A DNA stretch of 30,949 bases from Bacillota bacterium. Its GTDB lineage: Bacteria > Armatimonadota > Hebobacteria > Hebobacterales > Hebobacteraceae. This document shows, in pieces, positions 1 through 7,674 of this stretch (positions are counted from its first letter, which is position 1; each line of letters opens with the position of its first letter). Below the pieces are notes generated by a model that saw only the letters and a list, made by a program, of their open reading frames with translations, ran no database searches and had not been told where the DNA came from. The stretch lies in assembly GCA_030597345.1 (NCBI GenBank), contig JAUVSA010000001.1:1-30949 (forward strand). Reading direction: 5' to 3'. A program made the translations under genes and the position numbers.

Positions 1-1
1 A

Positions 2-514
2 CAGTGGGAGGGAGTTAACGAGTTCGTCTACCAGACCTCCAACAAGTCGGTGGAGCGGTTCAACGCGTATTCGCTAATGGAAGATCCGATGACCTCGTGC
101 GGGTGCTTCGAGTGCATCATGGCGATTCTGCCGGAGCCGACGGGCGAGGTGCACGGAGTCATGAGCGTGAACCGGGAGTATCCGGGCATGACGCCGTGCG
201 GGATGGCATTCACGACGCTGGCCGGCACGGTGGGAGGCGGGTTGCAGACGCCCGGGTTCCTGGGGATCGGCCGACTGTACATAGTCAGCCCCAAGTTCAT
301 CTCCGCGGAGGAGGGGCTGCCGAGGATACTGTGGATGCCGAAGGAGCTGAAGGAGGCGCTCGCGGACCGCATCAAGGCGCGCGCGGAAGAGATCGGGCTG
401 GAGAATTTCTACGAGAAGATCGGTGACGAAACGGTGGCGACGACGGTCGAGGAGCTGATGCCATGGCTGGAAGAGCAGGATCATCCGGCCATGAAGATGG
501 AGTCATTGCTGTAG
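2..514 (+). CDS. acsB: Acetyl-CoA synthase (CODH/ACS beta subunit), C-terminal part; 5' end outside window
   Basis: Frame open from base 2 (QWEGVNEFVYQTSNKSVERFNAYSLMEDPMTSCGCFEC...); DPMTSCGCFE carries the Cys-Gly-Cys distal Ni ligands of the A-cluster; GMTPxGMxFxTLAGxxGGGxQTPGF and a C-terminal HPA motif match ACS. Confidence 0.97.
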   Translation, partial: QWEGVNEFVYQTSNKSVERFNAYSLMEDPMTSCGCFECIMAILPEPTGEVHGVMSVNREYPGMTPCGMAFTTLAGTVGGGLQTPGFLGIGRLYIVSPKFISAEEGLPRILWMPKELKEALADRIKARAEEIGLENFYEKIGDETVATTVEELMPWLEEQDHPAMKMESLL

Positions 515-553
515 TGTCGTCACAGACAGAGGGATGTTAACGGAGGTAGGGCC

Positions 554-1891
554 GTGGGCCTAACGGGCTTAGACATCTTCAAGCAACTGCCGAAGACAAA
601 CTGCGGCGACTGCGGCGTGCCAACGTGTCTGGCTTTTGCGATGAAGCTGGCACAGAAACAGGCGTCGCTGGACCAGTGTCCGCACGTGACCGAAGACGCT
701 AAGGCGGCGCTCGAGGGCGCATCTGCGCCCCCAATCAAGCTGGTGACGATCGGGGATGGGGAGCGCAAGCTGGAGATTGGCAACGAGACAGTGTTGTTCC
801 GGCACGAGGAGACTTTCCACCATCCAGCCGGGATCGCGGTGCTGGTGGAGGGCAGCCTGGGAGAAGAGGAACTGGCTGCGCGGGTGGCGGCGGTAGGCGA
901 GGCCAGCTTCGAGCGCGTCGGCCAGACGCTCCAGCTGGATGCAGTGGCACTGCAGGGCGAGGGGGACGCGTTCGTGAAGGCCGCGCAGGTGGCGGCCGAG
1001 AAGTCAGCGGTGCCCCTGATCTTGATGAACGAAGATCCGACGGTGATGGGAAAAGCGCTGGAGGCGTGTGGGGGAAAGAAGCCGCTGATCTGTGCTGCGA
1101 CGACAGAGAACGTTGAGGCGATGGCGGCCTTGGCGAAGGCGCACGCCTGTCCCCTCGTGGTAAAGGGAAGCGATCTGAGTTCTCTCGCGGAGGTCTCGGA
1201 GAAGGCGCAAGCCGCAGGGGCAACCGATCTGGTGCTCGATTCCGGGGCACGGGAACCGTCGCAGGTGCTGGCCAACGAAACGGCGATCCGCCGGGCGGCG
1301 CTGCGCAAGCGCTTTCGGCCGTTCGGCTTCCCCACCATTACCTTCGCCCAGGCGGACGACGCCCAGGATGAGCTGCAACAGGCGGCGAGCTACCTGGCAA
1401 AGTATGCAGGGATCGTGGTCTTGCGGCAGATGGAGCCCTGGGAGCTGCTGGCGCTGGTGACGGTGAGGCAGAACATCTACACTGACCCGCAGAAGCCGAT
1501 TCAGATTGAGGAGGGGCTGTACGAGATCGGCAGTCCGAACGAGAAGTCGCCCGTGCTGGTGACGACGAATTTCTCGCTCACATACTTCACGGTGGAGGGA
1601 GACGTGGAGGCAAGCCGCGTGCCGGCATGGGCCGTGGTCGTGGATACTGAGGGAACCTCGGTGCTCACGGCCTGGGCGGCGGAGAAGTTCACCGCGGAGA
1701 TCATTGCCGAGAAGGTGCGCGCCTTCGATGTTGCCAGCAAAGTCGAGCATCGGAAGCTGATTCTTCCGGGACACGTAGCGGTACTGAGCGGGAAGCTGGA
1801 GGAGGAGTTGGGTCAGGAGTGGCAGGTGATTGTCGGCCCCCGTGAATCGTCGGGGATACCCAGTTTCCTGAGAACCTCCTGGCCTTCGTAG
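554..1891 (+). CDS. acsC: Corrinoid iron-sulfur protein large (gamma) subunit
   Basis: N-terminal LPKTNCGDCGVPTCLAFA...CP 4Fe-4S motif; IGNETVLFRHE; NIYTDPQKP; PVLVTTNFSLTYF; SVLTAWAA; GGAGG RBS before GTG; 445 aa. Confidence 0.97.
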   Translation: MGLTGLDIFKQLPKTNCGDCGVPTCLAFAMKLAQKQASLDQCPHVTEDAKAALEGASAPPIKLVTIGDGERKLEIGNETVLFRHEETFHHPAGIAVLVEGSLGEEELAARVAAVGEASFERVGQTLQLDAVALQGEGDAFVKAAQVAAEKSAVPLILMNEDPTVMGKALEACGGKKPLICAATTENVEAMAALAKAHACPLVVKGSDLSSLAEVSEKAQAAGATDLVLDSGAREPSQVLANETAIRRAALRKRFRPFGFPTITFAQADDAQDELQQAASYLAKYAGIVVLRQMEPWELLALVTVRQNIYTDPQKPIQIEEGLYEIGSPNEKSPVLVTTNFSLTYFTVEGDVEASRVPAWAVVVDTEGTSVLTAWAAEKFTAEIIAEKVRAFDVASKVEHRKLILPGHVAVLSGKLEEELGQEWQVIVGPRESSGIPSFLRTSWPS

Positions 1892-1958
1892 CGGCAGCGC
1901 ACACATATCGGACATATGGGAGGGGGGCCTAGCGGGAGGGCAAGGGCAGTACCGTGCA

Positions 1959-3896
1959 ATGAGCAGCCACATTGTCGTCTTTCTGCCTGACGGCGCATGC
2001 GTGGAAGTCGAGTCCGGCCAGACCATCCTGGATGCCGCCGGCGCGGCTGGCATTGGGATTGATTCGGCCTGCGGGGGCCAGGGGTCATGCGGCAAATGCA
2101 AGGTGCTCGTGACGCTGGGGCGGCCGGGCGGCCACCCGGGGGATCACGTCTCCAGAGAGGAAGTGGGACGGGGGATGGTGCTGGCCTGCCAGGCCACGGT
2201 GGAAGATGATTTGGTGGTGGAAGTGCCTCCTGAATCGCAACGCGGCGAGCTGCAGATTCTGATGAACCAGACGCAGATGGAGGCGACTCTGGCGGAGTCC
2301 GACATTCCCTTGGCGGAGCGTGTCTCGGTAGGCGTGGTGCCCCCGGAGAAGGACCGAGAGAGAAGTGATGTCGAGCGCCTGGTGGAGTCCCTGCGGGTCG
2401 CCCGCGGAGACAGGTTTTCTGAATTCGAGGTGAGCGTGGAAGCCCTGCGTGCCCTGCCTCGGGTAGCGCGGGATGCCAACTGGGAGCTGGAGGCGCTGTT
2501 GGCGGACTCCTCTGGGCCGAGGCGCGACCGCCATCGGGGGGAGATCTTCGCCCTGGAGCCGAGTGGGTCCAAGAGGGGGTACGGACTGGCAGTGGATGTG
2601 GGCACGACGACGATCGTCGTGCACCTGATCGATCTCGACACAGCTGGCTTTCTGGATGCCTGCGCTTCGCTCAACGATCAGATATCCAGGGGGGAGGATG
2701 TGATTTCCCGCATCATATGGACCCAGGAGCACGAGGACGGCCTCGCCGAACTGCGCGATGCAGTCCGCCGGACAGTCAACGGGTGTGTGCGGGAGCTTAC
2801 GGAGGGGCAGGGGATTGCCGCGGAGGAGATCATTGGGGCGGCATGTGTGGGGAACACGGTGATGATGCACCTGCTGCTGGGAATCGATCCGGCGGCGATC
2901 CGGAGGGCGCCATACGTTCCGGGGATGCGGCTGCTGCCGACGCTGCGGGCCCGGGAGGTGGGACTGCAGATTCATCCCAGCGCGCCGGTCTACCTGGCGC
3001 CGTGCGTGAGCAGCTACGTGGGGGGAGACGTGACGGCCGGGCTGCTGGCGACTGGGACCGGGGAGTCGCCGCGGTTGACCCTGTTCATCGATATGGGGAC
3101 CAACGGGGAGATGGTGATCGGGAACCGGGAGTGGCTGATGTGCTGCTCGTGCTCCGCGGGGCCGGCTTTCGAGGGTTCCGGGGTAGAGTACGGGATGTAC
3201 GCGACGGTAGGGGCGATGGAGCGGGTGTCGTATGACCCGGTGACCGACGAAGTTGACTACATGACGATTGGGGAGGCGAAGCCGCGCGGGGTCTGCGGGT
3301 CCGGTCTGGTGGATGCGCTGGCAACCATGCTGCAGGCGGGGGTCATAGACCGCGCGGGTCGAATCAACCTCGGCTTTCCGAGCAAGCGGGTCAGGGTACG
3401 CAATGAGCGTCCCGAGTTCGTGCTGGTATGGGGTGAGGAGGTCGGCAGAGCGGACGACATCTCGCTTGGCGAGGACGGAATCCAGAACCTGATTCGGTCG
3501 AAATCGGCCATATATGCGGCTGCAACTACCTTGCTCGAGAGTCTGGGGCTGGCAGCTTCGAACTTGGAGCAGATTCTGGTGGCGGGCGCGTTCGGGAACT
3601 ACCTCGACGCGGAAAGCGCAGTGCTGATTGGGCTGCTGCCGGACATCCCGCTGGAGCGGATCCGGTTCGTTGGCAACACTGCGGTGGCGGGGGCGCGGAT
3701 GGCGCTGCTGGGCCGACAGGCTCGAGCTCGCATGGAGGAGCTCGCGGGCAGGATGACCAATTTCGAACTGAGCGCGGTGCCCGGCTACATGGATCGGTAC
3801 GTCTCCGGTCTCTTCTTGCCCCACACCGACCTGCACTTGTTCCCCTCGGTGGCCGAGAAGCTCGCCCTGAGGGACCAAGGGGCGGCTGCCACATGA
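1959..3896 (+). CDS. acsV: ASKHA-domain reductive activator of corrinoid protein (RACo/AcsV, DUF4445) with N-terminal 2Fe-2S domain
   Basis: CGGQGSCGKC...LACQ 2Fe-2S motif; ASKHA phosphate loops VDVGTTT and IDMGTNGE; AGPAFEG; GVCGSG; LVAGAFG; position inside the acs cluster. Confidence 0.92.
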   Translation: MSSHIVVFLPDGACVEVESGQTILDAAGAAGIGIDSACGGQGSCGKCKVLVTLGRPGGHPGDHVSREEVGRGMVLACQATVEDDLVVEVPPESQRGELQILMNQTQMEATLAESDIPLAERVSVGVVPPEKDRERSDVERLVESLRVARGDRFSEFEVSVEALRALPRVARDANWELEALLADSSGPRRDRHRGEIFALEPSGSKRGYGLAVDVGTTTIVVHLIDLDTAGFLDACASLNDQISRGEDVISRIIWTQEHEDGLAELRDAVRRTVNGCVRELTEGQGIAAEEIIGAACVGNTVMMHLLLGIDPAAIRRAPYVPGMRLLPTLRAREVGLQIHPSAPVYLAPCVSSYVGGDVTAGLLATGTGESPRLTLFIDMGTNGEMVIGNREWLMCCSCSAGPAFEGSGVEYGMYATVGAMERVSYDPVTDEVDYMTIGEAKPRGVCGSGLVDALATMLQAGVIDRAGRINLGFPSKRVRVRNERPEFVLVWGEEVGRADDISLGEDGIQNLIRSKSAIYAAATTLLESLGLAASNLEQILVAGAFGNYLDAESAVLIGLLPDIPLERIRFVGNTAVAGARMALLGRQARARMEELAGRMTNFELSAVPGYMDRYVSGLFLPHTDLHLFPSVAEKLALRDQGAAAT

Positions 3897-4978
3897 GCAG
3901 GCCACTCTACATTGCCTCGGTGGACTCGTTTGCGGGGAAGTCCCTGACGGCGCTCGCCCTTGGCCTCGAGCTGCGGGAGTCCGGCCTCAAAGTGGGATAC
4001 TTCAAGCCCGTGGGGGCGTTGCCGCACGAGGTGGACGGGGTGACGACGGATGAGGACGCTCACTTCATCAGCAAGCGGCTGAACCCGGAGGCGCCGGTGG
4101 CGGCGATCTGTCCGGTCCTGCTGACGGCGGAGTTGATGGAGCGCGCGGTGCGGGGCGAGGTCGAGGGACTGCGGGATCGCATCAAGGAGGACTACTCCCG
4201 GGTTGCGGCGGGCCGAGATGTGGTTATCATAGGCGGGACGGGGGACCTGGCGCGTGGCTCACTACTGGACCTGTCAGGACCGGCGATTGCGGAGCTGCTG
4301 GAGGCGGTGGTGCTGGTGCTGGCAAGATCTGCTGGGGACGATACGGTAGAGCAGGTGCTGCTGGCGCAGCGACTGCTGGGAGAGCGGCTGGGGGGCGTAA
4401 TCTTCAACTTCGTGGAGCCGGATGACCGAGAAGCGCTGGAGGGGCCCCTCGGCCGATACCTGGAGGGACGAGGGATAAAGGTGCTGGGGATGGTGCCGCG
4501 AGACGACCTGTTGGGCGCGATCACGGTCAGGGAGCTCGCGGAGCATCTACCGGCGAAGCTGCTCTGCTGCGAGAAGGCAGTTGACGAGCTGATAGTGCAT
4601 TTTGTGATTGGGGCAATGGGGGTGGCAAGCGCGGCGAAGTACTTCCGGCAGCTCCCGGACAAAGCGGTGATTACGGGAGGCGATCGGCCGGATATTCAGT
4701 TGGCGGCACTACAGACCGCGACAAAGGCGGTCGTGCTGACGGGCAACATATACCCAAGTGCGGTTATCGTAAATCGGGCGCAGCAGCTCGGGGTGCCGCT
4801 GCTGCTGGCGCCGCATGATACTCTGGCGACGGTGGAGCGGATCGAGCAGACAGTGGGGCGGCTCCGGGTGCGCGAGGAGGCGAAGATAACGCGGGCGCGC
4901 GCGCTGTTCGAGAAGAACGTGGACATGGAGCGGATTCGAGCCGTCATCGGCCTGACGACCGGCTCGGCGGCTGAATGA
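3893..4978 (+). CDS. Stand-alone phosphotransacetylase N-terminal-like protein (BioD-like P-loop + DRTGG domain), no PTA catalytic domain
   Basis: SVDSFAGKS P-loop, VGYFKPVG, ITGGDRPDIQLAAL and LTGN DRTGG motifs; 361 aa ending before any PTA_PTB domain; ATGA overlap with acsV stop. Confidence 0.85.
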   Translation: MSRPLYIASVDSFAGKSLTALALGLELRESGLKVGYFKPVGALPHEVDGVTTDEDAHFISKRLNPEAPVAAICPVLLTAELMERAVRGEVEGLRDRIKEDYSRVAAGRDVVIIGGTGDLARGSLLDLSGPAIAELLEAVVLVLARSAGDDTVEQVLLAQRLLGERLGGVIFNFVEPDDREALEGPLGRYLEGRGIKVLGMVPRDDLLGAITVRELAEHLPAKLLCCEKAVDELIVHFVIGAMGVASAAKYFRQLPDKAVITGGDRPDIQLAALQTATKAVVLTGNIYPSAVIVNRAQQLGVPLLLAPHDTLATVERIEQTVGRLRVREEAKITRARALFEKNVDMERIRAVIGLTTGSAAE

Positions 4979-5049
4979 CCCATCTGCGACGAGCGCACAC
5001 ACAAACTGACGCAAACTAACACATACTGCCAGAAGAGAGAGAGTCGACG

Positions 5050-6021
5050 ATGCCATTTGAGACGCCTGTCGAGAAGTGGGCGAGCGCGGTCAACACCGTG
5101 ACCATCGGCGCTACCTCCGCAGAAGGGGGCACGCGTGCATCGACGGTCACAGTTGGAGGAGACACCAGTCTGCCATTCCTCCAGTTCGAGGGCAAGACGC
5201 CGCATCGGCCAGTGATCGCGATGGAGGTGCTTGACGTTCCGCCAGAGGAATGGCCGCCGCCGATGGCGGAGGCCGTTGGGGATGTGTCAGACGACCCTGC
5301 GGCCTGGGCGCGGAAGGCCGTGGACGAGTTCGGGGCCGATTTGATCTCGCTGCGGCTGGTGGGAGCGCACCCAGACCAGCAGGACCGATCGGCAGAGGGC
5401 TGTGCGCAGACAGTGACATCCGTGCTGTCGGCGGTGAACGTGCCGCTGATCATCTGGGGGTGCGGACAGGCGGATAAGGACAACGAAATCATGCCGCGCT
5501 GCAGTGAGGTGGCGGCTGGCGAGAACTGTCTGTTGGGTACGGCGGCGCAGGACAACTACAAGACGATAACCGCGGCCTGCATGGCGGACGGACACAAGCT
5601 GCTGGCGGAGGCGCCGCTGGACATCAACATCCAGAAGCAGGTGAACATCTTGGTGTCCGAGATGGGGCTGGATCTGTCCCGAATCATCATGTACCAGGCC
5701 ACGGGGGGACTGGGATACGGGATGGAGTACGCGTACTCGATCATGGAGCGAACGCGGCTGGCGGCGCTGGCGGCGGACCGGATGCTGTCGATGCCCCTGT
5801 TGGCACTGGTCGGATCGGAATGTTGGAAGGCCAAGGAGGCTCGCAGTCCGGAGGAGGTAGTGCCAGAGTGGGGGGCGGAGAGCGAGAGAGGGGTTGCGTG
5901 GGAGGCCACCACAGCAACGTGCTTCTTGCACGCCGGGACTCACATCCTGGTGATGTGGCATCCCCGCGCGGCGGCGCTAGTGCGAAAGACGATCGATTCT
6001 CTCATGAGTCAGGAGGCATAG
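5050..6021 (+). CDS. acsD: Corrinoid iron-sulfur protein small (delta) subunit
   Basis: VTIGATSAEGGTR..TVTVGG..LPFL.FEG; IAMEVLD; PLDINIQKQVN; GGLGYGMEYAYSIMERTRLAAL; WKAKEA; 323 aa. Confidence 0.96.
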   Translation: MPFETPVEKWASAVNTVTIGATSAEGGTRASTVTVGGDTSLPFLQFEGKTPHRPVIAMEVLDVPPEEWPPPMAEAVGDVSDDPAAWARKAVDEFGADLISLRLVGAHPDQQDRSAEGCAQTVTSVLSAVNVPLIIWGCGQADKDNEIMPRCSEVAAGENCLLGTAAQDNYKTITAACMADGHKLLAEAPLDINIQKQVNILVSEMGLDLSRIIMYQATGGLGYGMEYAYSIMERTRLAALAADRMLSMPLLALVGSECWKAKEARSPEEVVPEWGAESERGVAWEATTATCFLHAGTHILVMWHPRAAALVRKTIDSLMSQEA

Positions 6022-6025
6022 TTCG

Positions 6026-6811
6026 ATGTACGCCATCGGCGAACGCATCAACGGGATGTTCAAGGCGGTTGCTGCCGCCATCCAAGAGAAGAACCCGGAA
6101 CCGATTCAGGAGCTGGCGAAGACTCAGCTAGCGGCTGGGGCACAGGCATTGGACGTCAATGTGGGCCCGGCCACGGCCGACCCCCTGGCGGCGATGGGGT
6201 GGCTGGTGAAGGCGATCCGCGAGGTGACCGACGCGCCGTTGGCCATCGACACGACCAAGCCGGAGGTGATGAGGCGAGGTCTGGAGATGGCGGGGCCGGG
6301 GTCGATCATCAATTCCAGCAAGGGCCAGCAGGACCAGCTCGACATATTCATACCCATGGCCGTCGAGCATCAGGCCTCGTTGATTGCGCTGACGATAGAC
6401 GAGAACGGCATACCGCGCGATGCGAACGGCCGGGGTGAGATCGCGCTGCGCGTAGTTGCGGCCGCGATGGAGAAGGGGCTGTCGCCAGATCGAGTGATGA
6501 TAGACGCAGTGATTCTGCCGGTGAACGTCACCCAGCCGACGCCGGGACATGTGCTGGAGACGATCCGAAATGTGAAACTGCTGTCTGACCCGCCGCCGAA
6601 GACAGTATTGGGGCTGAGCAATGTGTCGCAAGGGACGACTCAGCGAGCGATCATCAACCGCACATATCTGGTGATGTGTCTTGCGGCCGGTCTGGACGCG
6701 GCCATCTTGGACGTGACGGAGTCGGAGATGATGGACGCGATGATCGCGGCCGAGGTCTTGCTGAACCACGCCGTCTACTGTGATGACTTCCTAAAGGCAT
6801 ACCGCTCATAA
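6026..6811 (+). CDS. acsE: Methyltetrahydrofolate:corrinoid iron-sulfur protein methyltransferase
   Basis: IGERINGMFK, LDVNVG, LAIDTT, IINS, GLSNVSQG, GLDAAILD pterin-binding barrel motifs; 261 aa; directly after acsD. Confidence 0.95.
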   Translation: MYAIGERINGMFKAVAAAIQEKNPEPIQELAKTQLAAGAQALDVNVGPATADPLAAMGWLVKAIREVTDAPLAIDTTKPEVMRRGLEMAGPGSIINSSKGQQDQLDIFIPMAVEHQASLIALTIDENGIPRDANGRGEIALRVVAAAMEKGLSPDRVMIDAVILPVNVTQPTPGHVLETIRNVKLLSDPPPKTVLGLSNVSQGTTQRAIINRTYLVMCLAAGLDAAILDVTESEMMDAMIAAEVLLNHAVYCDDFLKAYRS

Positions 6812-6845
6812 ACGGCGCCCTGGAACGCGGGAGGAGGCAGTTCGG

Positions 6846-7544
6846 GTGCGTGTGGAGATCGTCTACGTGGAGGGGAGGTACTTCGAACGAGTGCTCGCGC
6901 ACCTGTCGCGGATGTCGCCTGGGAACGTCGACGCCTACCAAGTGCCTCGGTCCCTCCCACCGGTCCTCGACGACGCGGCAGAGTATCTGCCCGCTGAGCT
7001 GGGAGCCGGTGACCTGATAATCGCGATCAACATCCACCCTGAACTGCTGCTCGAGATCCCGCACATGGTTGGCGGCCGCAGCACGCGGGCTCTCATCGCT
7101 CCCATCGAAGACCCCAACTGGATCAAGCCCGGCCTGCAGCGCCAGGTGACGCAGGCGTGCGCGCGCAACGACATCGAGTCGGCCTTTCCGAAGCCATTCT
7201 GCGCGCTGGAGCCGAGCACTCCCGCGATCCGCGAGTTCTGCGAGCGGTTCGAGGCCGGGGCGCCGAAGTTCAAGCTGCGACTGAGCGAAGGGAAGGTCGC
7301 AGAGGCGGAGGTGGTGCGCGGGTCGCCATGTGGGCTGACCCACTTCGTGGGGGAGAAGCTGGTGGGGCTGGCGGCCGACGATTCGCTGCCGGAGAAGGCG
7401 GGGCAGTTGCACCACACATATCCATGCCTGGCCTCCATGGCCATGGACGCCACCACCGGGGAGACCATCATGCACGCGTCGCTGTACTTGATCCGCGACC
7501 GGATGGCGGAGGCGTTGGAGGAGGCGAGGCGTCAGGGAACATAG
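6846..7544 (+). CDS. DUF166-family protein
   Basis: INIHPEL, FPKPFCAL, RGSPCG, HHTYPCLASM motifs recognised as DUF166-like; GGAGG RBS upstream; 34 bp after acsE, same strand. Confidence 0.7.
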   Translation: MRVEIVYVEGRYFERVLAHLSRMSPGNVDAYQVPRSLPPVLDDAAEYLPAELGAGDLIIAINIHPELLLEIPHMVGGRSTRALIAPIEDPNWIKPGLQRQVTQACARNDIESAFPKPFCALEPSTPAIREFCERFEAGAPKFKLRLSEGKVAEAEVVRGSPCGLTHFVGEKLVGLAADDSLPEKAGQLHHTYPCLASMAMDATTGETIMHASLYLIRDRMAEALEEARRQGT

Positions 7545-7552
7545 GCTGGTCT

Positions 7553-7667
7553 GTAGGGCGGGCGTGCCGGAGTTTACCCTGAGCGACTTGTTCTGCGTAG
7601 CTTCGGCGAAGCAGGAAGCCGAATGGGCCCGCCAGAGAACAGGGCAGGAGACCCGCTCCCGCCCTAC
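7553..7667. repeat. REP-like palindromic element between convergent genes
   Basis: Perfect 10-bp terminal inverted repeat GTAGGGCGGG (7553-7562) / CCCGCCCTAC (7658-7667), with inner TGTTCT/AGAACA arms and a GCTTC-GGC-GAAGC hairpin. Confidence 0.55.
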
Positions 7668-7674
7668 CCTTTAC

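Noticed and set aside
2-7544. Selenocysteine or pyrrolysine readthrough in acs genes ending in TGA/TAG
   Set aside because: All proteins reach family-typical lengths and C-termini at these stops; no in-frame continuation or SECIS-like signal was evident.
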